A stretch of DNA of 64,000 nt. Source: Terrimicrobiaceae bacterium (GTDB taxonomy: Bacteria; Verrucomicrobiota; Verrucomicrobiia; Chthoniobacterales; Terrimicrobiaceae). The position numbers and the translations under genes are program-made. Shown in pieces: positions 9,109-18,223 of this stretch. A model generated the notes under the pieces. The model had not been told where the DNA came from. It searched no databases and worked only from the letters and a program-made list of their open reading frames with translations. Each line of letters begins with the position of its first letter. The stretch's first letter is position 1. The stretch spans positions 32,494-96,493 of the forward strand of contig JBIIPZ010000006.1 in assembly GCA_044342325.1 (NCBI GenBank). Direction: 5' to 3'.

Positions 9109-10115
9109 GAGGCGGCGTATTGTTCCCGGTATTCGGGTCTGGAGAGAGCGGCCCAGTCATCTTCACTCGGATCTGGCGAGGGTTCGCGGCGGACGCGGTA
9201 GGCTGTGTCATTGACCTCGGCCTCGGTCTCGTGCCTCCAGGCGGCGACTTCATCAGCCGTGTGCCAGCCTTGGTCGATGATGTGCTTTTCCGCGAGCAGC
9301 ACACAATCCGAACCAACAGTGGATTTTTTCAATTTGGGATCGAGATAAGCAAAGTCGTCATGCTCTCCGTGGCCGACGAGGCGCAGCAAGTCGGCAACGA
9401 CCAGCTGGGGTCCGCCGCCTTCGCGTGCGGCGTGAATGGCGTTGCGCAAGGTCTGGAGGCAATCCATCAGGCTTGTGCCATCGGCCTTGTGAGCACCCAC
9501 TCCATAGCCTGCGGCTTTGTCCAGAAGGTCGGCGCAGGCGTATTGGCGGGAGTTCGGTGTGGAGTAGGCGTATTGGTTATTCGCAACAACCACGATGAGC
9601 GGCAACTTGTCCACAGCGGCGGCATTGAGCCCTTCGTGGAACGCGCCGGTGGATGTCCCGCCATCGCCGATGCAGGTGGCTCCCACGGCACCCTGCTCGC
9701 CTTTGAGACGGCGCGCGAGAAGTGCTCCCGCCACGCTGGGGATCATGGCTCCAAGGTGACTGATCATGGCATAGTAGCCATCCTGGGGACGGCCGCGATG
9801 GATGTTTCCATCCCGGCCACGCATGGAGCCGAGCTGAGATCCCAGGTAGGTGCGAAGTGTGTCGAGAACCGTGTCGCCGAATGCGAGGCGTCCAGCTTGA
9901 TCTCGGATGAGCGGGGCAAAAACATCACCCCGTCGGAGTTGGATGCCCACGGAGACGCTCAGCGCCTCCTGGCCGCGGCCGAGGAACACGCCGCCCTTGA
10001 TCATGCCGGCACGGAAAAGGGCTGCGAGTTTTTCCTCCAGCACGCGTGAGGTGAGCATGACGCGGTAAGCTTTGATGAAATCGGACTGGGTAACCGGCGC
10101 GATCTTTTTGGACAT
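9105..10115 (-). CDS. 2-oxoacid dehydrogenase E1 alpha subunit (TPP-dependent)
   Basis: GRGQEA, GDGGTSTGAFHE...NNQYA TPP motif, RLVGHGEHDD; start at ATG 10115. Confidence 0.92.
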   Translation of the reverse strand: MSKKIAPVTQSDFIKAYRVMLTSRVLEEKLAALFRAGMIKGGVFLGRGQEALSVSVGIQLRRGDVFAPLIRDQAGRLAFGDTVLDTLRTYLGSQLGSMRGRDGNIHRGRPQDGYYAMISHLGAMIPSVAGALLARRLKGEQGAVGATCIGDGGTSTGAFHEGLNAAAVDKLPLIVVVANNQYAYSTPNSRQYACADLLDKAAGYGVGAHKADGTSLMDCLQTLRNAIHAAREGGGPQLVVADLLRLVGHGEHDDFAYLDPKLKKSTVGSDCVLLAEKHIIDQGWHTADEVAAWRHETEAEVNDTAYRVRREPSPDPSEDDWAALSRPEYREQYAAS

Positions 10116-10248
10116 TGGATGTATTTTATACGGGTAAGCCGCTACTTGCTGCAAAGCATTCCTTCGTGGCCTGCCAGCAAAACTTTGGACATGCTCCAAA
10201 AATGGGTCGCGTCTCGGAGAAGGTCTTCGAGAGAACGCGGAATGCGAC

Positions 10249-12426
10249 TTACTTTGTTGGAGGCATGATCTGAATGGAGAGCGGGGTCGCTGTATCAAGG
10301 TGGACTTCCCTCTGTGGGAGCGCGAGGAGTATGCCCTCGGCTTGAAATGCCTCGTAGATTGCCAAGCGGAGTTCACCAGGCACCGCATTGGCCGTGCGAG
10401 GGTTGGTTTTATCGATCCAGTAAAAAACACAGAGGATGAGCGAGTCTCGTTGAAAATCCTGAAGAAACACCTCCACACGTCGATCTTTGAGAACTTCTCC
10501 GTGGGCGGTAACGATGTCTTGAACAATACGGATGGCCTTCTGCAGCGGTGCACCATGAGCGATTCCAACACGAAAATCTTGTCGGGCATGGCGATTGCTT
10601 AGTGTCCAATTTACAACCGTATTCTGCAGGATCACGCTATTTGGAATAAGAATTTCCACACCGTCGATCCGGCGGAGTTGGCAGCACCGGGTTCCGATGG
10701 CGGTTACTAAGCCGGCGAATGTCTCGACTTCAATGACATCCCCAATCCGGATGGGGCGTTCGAAGAGGAGAATGATACCGCTGATGAGATTGTTCACCAG
10801 TTGCTGGGCTCCAAATCCCACAGCGATTGCGGCACCGCCGCCAAGCAGGGCGAAAATCGTAAGGGGAATCTTCACGAGAGCCAATGCAATGAGGCAGATG
10901 ATTCCCAGTAGCAAAATGTGGGTGAATTTTTGAACAATCGCACCCGTCGTGGCATCCAGGCTGAAGCGCTCACTGAGCCTCGAGCGCAGCCAACGACTGA
11001 AGGCGGCGGAGGCGAGTCCGCCCACAATCAAAATGCCCAGGGCGATCGACAACATGCCAAGGGTCACAGAGCTCGGACGCTGGACGAGTTGGCCGTTGAC
11101 GAAAACCGAATCGTTGAGAGTGAAAATCTCGGTATTCCAGAGATTGTGCGCCTGCGTGGTGAGCGATGTGGCTGCGGCGTCCATTTTTTCTCCTAGCCCG
11201 AGGCTTTTACGCTTGGAACCTAGATCCGCCGTGGTGAGCTTAATTAGTTCCAAGAGTGCAGAAAATCCATTTTCCCAGTCCGAGAGGACGGATTCCTCTT
11301 GTTGAAATGCTTTGTCCACCGCGTCAGCAAGGTTTGGCTGAGCCTTGAACTCATTCGCCTCGAGTGCGAGCGAGGCCTTGCGCCAGCGATCCTGGAGTTT
11401 GGAACGAAGGCCGATGATCAGCGGTTGCCATGCCTGCACATCCTGCGATTTATCATTCAGGAGGCGGGCAATTTCCTCGACGCCCATCGCATTTTTTGTG
11501 TTCCAGAGGTCATATCGGGATTGCCAGACCTGACCGGTTATCGTCAGGCCGATACGCTGGTATTCAAATAGCTGCAACTGGTTCTCCATGCTCTCCGCGA
11601 GCAAATTAGCGATGTCCTTGTTGCCTTGGGTTGAATTTTCCGATGCAGGTTTTTTGACTTGTTTTCCGACCTTCGTCAGGGAATCGGTGAGCTTGTCCTC
11701 GGCTTTCTGAACCTCTTCCAGTTTGGCTTGAAGAAGGTTCTCCGGGAAGGATACGCGACCCGCTAGGCTTGAAATATTTAACTTCGCAAGCTGGATGAGA
11801 GCCTGCTGCAAGTCGACGTCCGCCTGCCAGCTTCGCTTGTCGGATCGGAGGGAATGCTCGGCAAGAGTGGCCTGCACGCGGGTGCGTTGGAGTTCAAGAA
11901 CCCATGCGTCGCGGGGAGATGCAGTAGGCCCCGCCGCTTCCAAAACTTGGAGTTTTTGCTGCTGGTTTTTCAGCGTCACAAAAGCAGTGCTCTCCTGAGC
12001 ATCGCGGGTGGAACCGATTTTATTGAGCGCTTCCAGCCAATCCTCAGCCTGCCAGTCATTGACCCTCGCCGTGTCGAAGAGAAGGAGCCCGCTTTCTGGT
12101 GTGATTTCCGGCGGCTTAAAGTCGGAGACGGCTTGCCGCACCTCGGAGGCTTGCTTTTCCAGAGCCATTGCCGCGGTGCCCCACTCTTCGGTCAGGGACT
12201 GGGCTTCGACAAGTTTGGTGAGGAGGTGGACGTATTCCCGATATTCCTCTGGCGTCGCAGGCTGTTGTTTCTGAAACTCCTCCACCCCGGCCTGACGTGC
12301 GGCATCCAGAAGCTGATGATAGTCCTTGCTGACGGTTGGCGTTGGAATGGGGGTCGGCTCTTGGGAAGACGCTTGGACAATAAACGCAAAAAAAATGCCG
12401 AGTGCTGCTTTTAATAAAATGTTCAT
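10249..12426 (-). CDS. mscS: MscS-family mechanosensitive channel with long periplasmic coiled-coil N-terminus (copy A)
   Basis: Signal-peptide-like start, helical region, GGGAAIAVGFGAQQLVNNLISGIILLFERPIRIGD, IPNS, NWT; start at ATG 12426. Confidence 0.88.
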   Translation of the reverse strand: MNILLKAALGIFFAFIVQASSQEPTPIPTPTVSKDYHQLLDAARQAGVEEFQKQQPATPEEYREYVHLLTKLVEAQSLTEEWGTAAMALEKQASEVRQAVSDFKPPEITPESGLLLFDTARVNDWQAEDWLEALNKIGSTRDAQESTAFVTLKNQQQKLQVLEAAGPTASPRDAWVLELQRTRVQATLAEHSLRSDKRSWQADVDLQQALIQLAKLNISSLAGRVSFPENLLQAKLEEVQKAEDKLTDSLTKVGKQVKKPASENSTQGNKDIANLLAESMENQLQLFEYQRIGLTITGQVWQSRYDLWNTKNAMGVEEIARLLNDKSQDVQAWQPLIIGLRSKLQDRWRKASLALEANEFKAQPNLADAVDKAFQQEESVLSDWENGFSALLELIKLTTADLGSKRKSLGLGEKMDAAATSLTTQAHNLWNTEIFTLNDSVFVNGQLVQRPSSVTLGMLSIALGILIVGGLASAAFSRWLRSRLSERFSLDATTGAIVQKFTHILLLGIICLIALALVKIPLTIFALLGGGAAIAVGFGAQQLVNNLISGIILLFERPIRIGDVIEVETFAGLVTAIGTRCCQLRRIDGVEILIPNSVILQNTVVNWTLSNRHARQDFRVGIAHGAPLQKAIRIVQDIVTAHGEVLKDRRVEVFLQDFQRDSLILCVFYWIDKTNPRTANAVPGELRLAIYEAFQAEGILLALPQREVHLDTATPLSIQIMPPTK

Positions 12427-12488
12427 TACTGCGGTGATTCCTGTTGCCGCATGAAGGATCAGCATGAGGATACACAACCTCTTCCAAA

Positions 12489-12596
12489 AAGAAGCCAGAA
12501 ATTCGTCCAGACTACCAAGAGACCGTGATCGTGTGCGCTTGCGGTGCCACAAAAGAATTGCTCGAATCCTGGGAAAAGCTCACCCGCGCGCGATGA
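12489..12596 (+). pseudogene. Chimeric rpmE'-'prfA relic left by the duplication
   Basis: 12489-12551 matches rpmE 14873-14935 with ATG mutated to AAG; 12547-12592 matches prfA 15290-15335; the two are joined at CCACA microhomology. Confidence 0.9.
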
Positions 12597-12656
12597 TCGA
12601 CCAATTTTTTGGTTCGAAGCGGCGAGATTCCGCAGGCTGAGCGGATGCGGGAGTGT

Positions 12657-14810
12657 CTATTTGACGGAGGGAGCGGCGTCGAGGTGGGGGGCTTTTTGAG
12701 TAGTCGCGAGGAGGATTCCCTCGTTCTGGATGGCTTCGTAGATGGCGAGGCGGAGTTCGCTGGGGACTTTGTTTGCGGAGAGGGGGTTTGTTTTGTCGAT
12801 CCAGTATAGAACGCGGAGGACGAGCGCATCCTTGGCAAATTCTTGAAACAGGACATCGATCCCTCGGCGGGAGAGAACATTTGGATTGGCGGAAACGATT
12901 TTGTAAATGAGGTCCATGGCCTTTTTGACGGGCTCGCCTTGGGTGATGGCGATGGTGAATTCCTGCCGGGCGTGGCTGTCGGAGAGCGTCCAGTTCACTA
13001 CCTTGCTTTGGAGGATGACGCTGTTGGGGATGAGGATTTCCACGCCGTCGCCTCGGCGCAATTGGCAGCAGCGCGTGCCGATCGAGGTCACCATGCCTGA
13101 GCAGTTTTCGACATCAATGATGTCGCCGATGCGGATCGGACGCTCGAAGAGTAGAATAATCCCGCTGATGAGATTGTTCATGAGCTGCTGGGTTCCGAAG
13201 CCGACGGCGATTGCGGCGACGCCGCCCAGGAGGGCAAAGATGGTTAAGGGGATTTTTACAACCGCGAGTGCGATGAGGCAAATGCCTCCCAGAAGCAAAA
13301 CATGGGTAAATTTTTGCACGATTGCCCCGTTATTGGCATCCAACGCAAACCGCGCGCTCAGGCGTGCGCGCAGCCAGCGGCTGAATGCCGAAGAGGCGAG
13401 CCCGCCGCTCACCAAAATCGCTACGGCGATAAGCATCATACCGAGGGTGATGGGGCTCGGGCGTTGCACGACCTGGCCATTGACGAAGACCGAGTCGTTG
13501 AGAGTGAAAATCTCGGTGTTCCAGAAATCATGCATCTGCGTGGTGAGGGAGTTGGCGGCGGCGTCCATTTTGTCGCTGAGTGCGGCACTCTGTCGGCGAG
13601 CGGCTATTTCCGCGCGGGTGAGCTTGATCAGTTCGACAAGCCGGGAAAATCTGTTTTCCCACTCGCTGAGGTTTCCCTCTTCCTGCTGGAACGCTTTCTC
13701 GAGAATGTCACCGTTGGCAAGAGTTGATGAGGCATCCCCCGACCCCTCCACTGCGGAGGCTTTGCCCGGGCGGTCTTGAAGTTTCGAGCGCAGGCCTGTA
13801 ATGAGTGGTTGCCACGCTTGGACATCCAGTGCCTTCTCGTCGAGTAACCGCGAGATTTGCGCGATGGATGCGGCGTTGTTTGTATTCCAGAAATCGTATC
13901 GCGACTGCCAGACCTGGCCGGTGACGAGGAGGGCGATGCGGTGGTATTCAAGGAGTTCAAGTTGGTTCTCGAGGCTTCTAGCGAGCCGCAAAAGGCCTTC
14001 CTTTTCGCCCGCGGGCTGGTTTTCCTGAGAGGTTTTTTTGAGTTGTCGGCCGACCTTGGCTACGGAGTCTGCGATTTTGTTTTCGAGCTTTTGGATTTCT
14101 GCGAGCTTGCTTTGCAAAACTTGCTCGGGAAAGGAAACATGACCTTCCAAGCTGGCTGTCTTGAGTTTCTGCAGTTGAATGCGGGCTTTCTGCAGGTCGA
14201 TATCGGCTTGCCAGGTTCGCTTGTTCGAGCGCAGCGCATGCTCGGCGAGGATGGCTTGCACCCGTGTTTCCTGAAGTTGCAAAAGCCAGGCGGCGCGGGG
14301 CGACTCCGGAGGACCGGCGGCTTGGAGCGACTGAAGTCTCTGCTGCTGGTCCTTGAGCGTGGCGAAGGCGTTCGCCTCCTGGGCGGTGCGGGTGGAGCCG
14401 ATGTTGTTAAGGGCCTCGAGCCACTCCTCCGCCTGCCAGCCTTTGATCCGAGCCTTGTCGTAGAGATCGAGACTGGTCTCCGGCGTGGGCACAGGGGGTT
14501 GAAAATGCTCGATGGCCTCGCGAATTTCGGCGGTTTGTGTTTCGAGGGCATTGGCGGCGCTGCCCGAGTCTTCGGCGAGGGTGTCGCATTCGACAAGCTG
14601 GGTGAGGAGATGCAGATACTCGCGGTATTCCTCGGGCGTGGCGGGTTTCTGTTTCTGAAACTCCTCCAACCCGGCTTGGCGCGTTGAATCCAGCAGTTGA
14701 TGATAGTCCTTGTCGACGGTTGGCGTTGGAATGGGGGTCGGCTCTTGGGAAGAAGCTTGGAGAATAAACGCAAAAAAAATGCCGAGTGCTGCTTTTAAAA
14801 AAATGTTCAT
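12657..14810 (-). CDS. mscS: MscS-family mechanosensitive channel with long periplasmic coiled-coil N-terminus (copy B)
   Basis: Colinear paralog of copy A with the same MscS motifs; start at ATG 14810. Confidence 0.88.
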   Translation of the reverse strand: MNIFLKAALGIFFAFILQASSQEPTPIPTPTVDKDYHQLLDSTRQAGLEEFQKQKPATPEEYREYLHLLTQLVECDTLAEDSGSAANALETQTAEIREAIEHFQPPVPTPETSLDLYDKARIKGWQAEEWLEALNNIGSTRTAQEANAFATLKDQQQRLQSLQAAGPPESPRAAWLLQLQETRVQAILAEHALRSNKRTWQADIDLQKARIQLQKLKTASLEGHVSFPEQVLQSKLAEIQKLENKIADSVAKVGRQLKKTSQENQPAGEKEGLLRLARSLENQLELLEYHRIALLVTGQVWQSRYDFWNTNNAASIAQISRLLDEKALDVQAWQPLITGLRSKLQDRPGKASAVEGSGDASSTLANGDILEKAFQQEEGNLSEWENRFSRLVELIKLTRAEIAARRQSAALSDKMDAAANSLTTQMHDFWNTEIFTLNDSVFVNGQVVQRPSPITLGMMLIAVAILVSGGLASSAFSRWLRARLSARFALDANNGAIVQKFTHVLLLGGICLIALAVVKIPLTIFALLGGVAAIAVGFGTQQLMNNLISGIILLFERPIRIGDIIDVENCSGMVTSIGTRCCQLRRGDGVEILIPNSVILQSKVVNWTLSDSHARQEFTIAITQGEPVKKAMDLIYKIVSANPNVLSRRGIDVLFQEFAKDALVLRVLYWIDKTNPLSANKVPSELRLAIYEAIQNEGILLATTQKAPHLDAAPSVK

Positions 14811-14837
14811 TATAGCGGTGATTCCTGTTGCCACGCG

Positions 14838-14855
14838 AAGAATCGGCGTTAGGAT
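14838..14855 (+). promoter_or_regulatory. Sigma70-like promoter of rpmE (-10 region; -35 TTGCCA at 14828-14833)
   Basis: TTGCCA-N16-TAGGAT, with the -10 at 14850-14855, 17 nt upstream of the rpmE ATG. Confidence 0.5.
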
Positions 14856-14872
14856 ACACACCCTTTTCCAAA

Positions 14873-15100
14873 ATGAAGCCAGAAATTCATCCAGACTACC
14901 AAGAGACCGTGATCGTGTGCGCTTGCGGTGCCACATATAAGACACGCTCCACTCGGCAGAACATCAAACTCGGCATCTGCGCCGCCTGCCATCCCTTCTT
15001 CACCGGTGAGCAGAAATTTGTCGATACGGCAGGCCGCGTTGACAAATTCAAGCAGCGCTACGGCACGGTTCGTGTCGCACGCGCCGTCAAGAAGCCTTAG
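14873..15100 (+). CDS. rpmE: 50S ribosomal protein L31 (zinc-binding type)
   Basis: MKPEIHPDY...CACG...CAACHPFFTGEQKFVDTAGRVDKF. Confidence 0.96.
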   Translation: MKPEIHPDYQETVIVCACGATYKTRSTRQNIKLGICAACHPFFTGEQKFVDTAGRVDKFKQRYGTVRVARAVKKP

Positions 15101-15118
15101 TCACACGCTCTTTCTTTT

Positions 15119-15159
15119 TAAAACGGTAAACGGGTTCAAAGCCTGTTTACCGTTTTTAT
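15119..15159 (+). terminator. Stem-loop / intrinsic terminator between rpmE and prfA
   Basis: AAAACGGTAAACGGGTT-CAA-AGCCTGTTTACCGTTTT followed by a T-rich tract. Confidence 0.65.
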
Positions 15160-15165
15160 TTCACC

Positions 15166-16242
15166 ATGGACTTTGAACCTCTCATCGAGCGCAAGCGCCG
15201 CCGCTTCGAAGAACTCGAAAGCGAAATTTCCTCGCCCGGCCTCTTCGAAAATGCAGCGCATGCCAGGGAGGTGCTGCGCGAGCACGGTTCCACAAAAGAG
15301 CTGCTCGAATCCTGGGAAAAGCTCACCCGCGCGCGCCGCGAGTTGGTCGAAAACCGCGAACTGGCGGCAGGCGAGGACAAGGAAATGGCTGCCATGGCCC
15401 GCGAGGAGATCGAGCGCATCGAGCCCGAGATTCCACTCTTTGAGCGTGCCGTTCAGGTGGCGCTTCTCCCTCCCGAGCCGGATGAGGATCGCGATGCCAT
15501 TGTGGAAATCCGCGCCGGCACCGGAGGCACCGAGGCCGCTCTTTTCGCAGCCGACTTGCACCGCATGTATTGTCGCTATGCCGACACTTTGGGACTCAAG
15601 GTCGAGGAACTCGAATCCAGTCCGGCCGATCTAGGCGGCGTGCGCGAGGTTATTTTCCGTATTTCCGGCACATCCGTCTTCCGCCGCTTCCGCTACGAAA
15701 GCGGCGTGCACCGCGTGCAGCGCGTGCCCGCCACCGAGGCGCAGGGCCGCATCCACACCTCCACTGCCACAGTCGCCGTTCTGCCCGAGGCCGAGGAGGT
15801 GGATATCGAAATCAAACCCGAGGACCTGCGCATCGAGGTCTGCCGCGCTGGTGGACCCGGTGGTCAAGGTGTGAACACCACCGACTCCGCTGTGCAGGTC
15901 ATGCACATCCCGACCGGAAGGATCGTTCGCTGCCAGGACGGACGCAGCCAGCAGAAGAACAAGGAGGCCGCGATCAAAATCATGCGCTCCAGGCTCCTCG
16001 AGGATAAACGCCGTGAGGAGGAGGAAAAATACTCCGCCCACCGACGCAGCCTCATCGGCGGCGGGGGACGCGAAGAAAAAATCCGCACCTACAATTTCGC
16101 CGAGAACCGTGTCACCGACCACCGCATCAAGCTCTCGCTCTATTCCCTCGACCGCTTTCTCGAGGGCGACATCGGCGGGCTCGTCGAAGCCCTTCAGGTC
16201 AGCGACATCGAACAACGCTTGAAGGATTCCGGCATCGCCTGA
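15166..16242 (+). CDS. prfA: Peptide chain release factor 1
   Basis: EIRAGTGG, ESGVHRVQRVPATE (PxT), GGPGGQ catalytic motif, IRTYNF. Confidence 0.97.
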   Translation: MDFEPLIERKRRRFEELESEISSPGLFENAAHAREVLREHGSTKELLESWEKLTRARRELVENRELAAGEDKEMAAMAREEIERIEPEIPLFERAVQVALLPPEPDEDRDAIVEIRAGTGGTEAALFAADLHRMYCRYADTLGLKVEELESSPADLGGVREVIFRISGTSVFRRFRYESGVHRVQRVPATEAQGRIHTSTATVAVLPEAEEVDIEIKPEDLRIEVCRAGGPGGQGVNTTDSAVQVMHIPTGRIVRCQDGRSQQKNKEAAIKIMRSRLLEDKRREEEEKYSAHRRSLIGGGGREEKIRTYNFAENRVTDHRIKLSLYSLDRFLEGDIGGLVEALQVSDIEQRLKDSGIA

Positions 16243-16339
16243 TCTTTCCGGCCCGCATCATCTTTTGACGGAGTTTTTGAAATAATTATCTTGTCGCCTC
16301 TCTGGGCATTATCCAGATTGCCACCGCTTCAGGCGGTTT

Positions 16340-18223
16340 ATGAACACCAATCCAGCTAATCCCACCGACCTGTCCGGCTTGGAAATGGACTTGCTCCAAT
16401 CCTTCCAGCCTTCATGGGTCAAGGACTCCACTCCATCCAGTAAAATCTCCCTCGCCTCCACACACGGCGATGAGGACACGCCAGGCAACCGGCGCTCAGG
16501 CTTCGACCGTGACGAAGGAGACTCCCGCTGGGATCGCAAACGGCCAAAAGGCGACCGCCTCGCCCGCAGGCCATCTGGTGAACACTCCGACAAATCGCGC
16601 AATCGCTCCTTCGGCGATAAGCGCCCTGCCGGAAAAAGCAGCGGCCCGCGCCGTGATGACCGTCAAGGTAGTGGCCGTCGCGAAAGCGAACCGGTCCAGC
16701 GCCCCGTTCTTCTTGAGGGCTGGGAAATCAAATTTGTTCCCGAACCACGCGGCGTTGATGGTTTGCTTAAGCAGATCAAATCGACGGCCAAGACATATTC
16801 CCTCTTCGAGTTGGCCCGTCTGGTTCTTGAAAAATCCGCCCGCTACCTTGTGGAGTTTCAACGCAAATCCGGCCCGTCACTTTTTCAAGTCGTGGCGGAT
16901 GGCACGCTTTGGTTGAGCGAGAGCGATGCAGCAGCGCGGATTCTTGCGACACAATTGGATAAATTTTACCGCCTCGAGCGCATCGCCGTGGAACCGCCAA
17001 AAGGAGCCTCCCCGATCATTGCCCAGTGCGGCATGAGCGGTGTCCTTCTTGGGCCACCCAACCTCCACGACTACCAGCTTAAAGTCCAAAAACTCCATGC
17101 CGAGCGCTACGGCAATATGGCGTTTGATATTTACAAGGCCCGCATCCGCATGGTCCGCGATGAGGAATCCATCCAAAAATGGCGCGATGAACAAAGCTCG
17201 CAGAATGTCTATTTTCCACTCGAAGCCCCCGAAGGCAGCGAGCCTGAGCCACTGAAAAACCTTGCAGAAGTAGCCGAGCACTTTCAAAAAAATCATGCAG
17301 CCACCGCGATTATCAATCCCGGGGATCACTTCACCGCTCCAGGCTCTGCACCGGTGAACGATTCTGCGCCAGCGGTCATTGAGTTCACCCGCCGTGAACT
17401 CGACAACCTCATCCGGTTCCCTCTTCCGCTTGCCAATACCCTCGGCCAGAAACTTGCCGGCGGTGGGTTGCAGATTTTTAAAGCTCACGAAAACATCACC
17501 TATGTCTCCGTGGCCCGGCCCAAGTTGCTCGATCGCCAGGCGAATCCCGTCTCCGAGAGCCTCGCCGCCATTCTAGATTATCTGGAATCAAATGCCGCAA
17601 AACCCCGAGCGGAACAATGGAAGGCTCTGCTCGCGCTGACTACCCTGCCATCGGATCCAGCACTTCGCGAGCCGGCCCTGCTCCGCGATTTCCATTGGCT
17701 CTTGTTGCAAGGCCATGTCATCGACTTCGCCTCGAAGGGGCTCGAAATCCCACGGCGCCCCTCCGCGCGCCCCCCGCAGGAAAAACAGGCAAAACCCCAA
17801 GGCAACCGCCCACCCCGCCCCAACCCGGCGCCCAAGGCCTCTACACCAGCGCCTGTTGTCTCAGAGACACCCAATACAAACCCCGAGCCACCTGCTGAAG
17901 CCTCCGCACCAGATGCTAATTTTGCAGAGCTGAAGCCGGATGCTGCCGAACCTCTGCCAGGTGAACAGGAGCGTTTGCCTCAAGTGGCCGATGTTTTGCC
18001 TGAAACCCCAGAGTCTTTGCCACAGGGGAATGCCATTTTGTCCGGAGAAATCGACCCGGCCTCAGAGACCACCGAGCCTCTGCCCGAAGCTGTTGAGACA
18101 CCGGCCGAGGCGAGCGATTTTTTGGTCGCTGCAGATTCCGCAGCTCAAGACAAGCCCACGCTCGAAGGCGGCGAATCGGTTCAGGACTGCATCGAAAGCC
18201 AAGTTACCAAGCCACTCGCGTGA
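16340..18223 (+). CDS. Hypothetical protein with R/D/G-rich N-terminus, globular core and Pro/Glu-rich tail
   Basis: 627-aa ORF with genome-like codon usage; no family recognised. Confidence 0.75.
   Translation: MNTNPANPTDLSGLEMDLLQSFQPSWVKDSTPSSKISLASTHGDEDTPGNRRSGFDRDEGDSRWDRKRPKGDRLARRPSGEHSDKSRNRSFGDKRPAGKSSGPRRDDRQGSGRRESEPVQRPVLLEGWEIKFVPEPRGVDGLLKQIKSTAKTYSLFELARLVLEKSARYLVEFQRKSGPSLFQVVADGTLWLSESDAAARILATQLDKFYRLERIAVEPPKGASPIIAQCGMSGVLLGPPNLHDYQLKVQKLHAERYGNMAFDIYKARIRMVRDEESIQKWRDEQSSQNVYFPLEAPEGSEPEPLKNLAEVAEHFQKNHAATAIINPGDHFTAPGSAPVNDSAPAVIEFTRRELDNLIRFPLPLANTLGQKLAGGGLQIFKAHENITYVSVARPKLLDRQANPVSESLAAILDYLESNAAKPRAEQWKALLALTTLPSDPALREPALLRDFHWLLLQGHVIDFASKGLEIPRRPSARPPQEKQAKPQGNRPPRPNPAPKASTPAPVVSETPNTNPEPPAEASAPDANFAELKPDAAEPLPGEQERLPQVADVLPETPESLPQGNAILSGEIDPASETTEPLPEAVETPAEASDFLVAADSAAQDKPTLEGGESVQDCIESQVTKPLA

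Noticed and set aside
10116..10589. N-terminal extension of the E1 alpha ORF
   Set aside because: It overlaps mscS in another frame; a promoter-like element sits just before ATG 10115.
12427..12552. Shared N-terminal extension MWHRKRTRSRSLGSLDEF on both mscS ORF calls
   Set aside because: It is the antisense reading of rpmE and its relic; the more likely starts are at 12426 and 14810.
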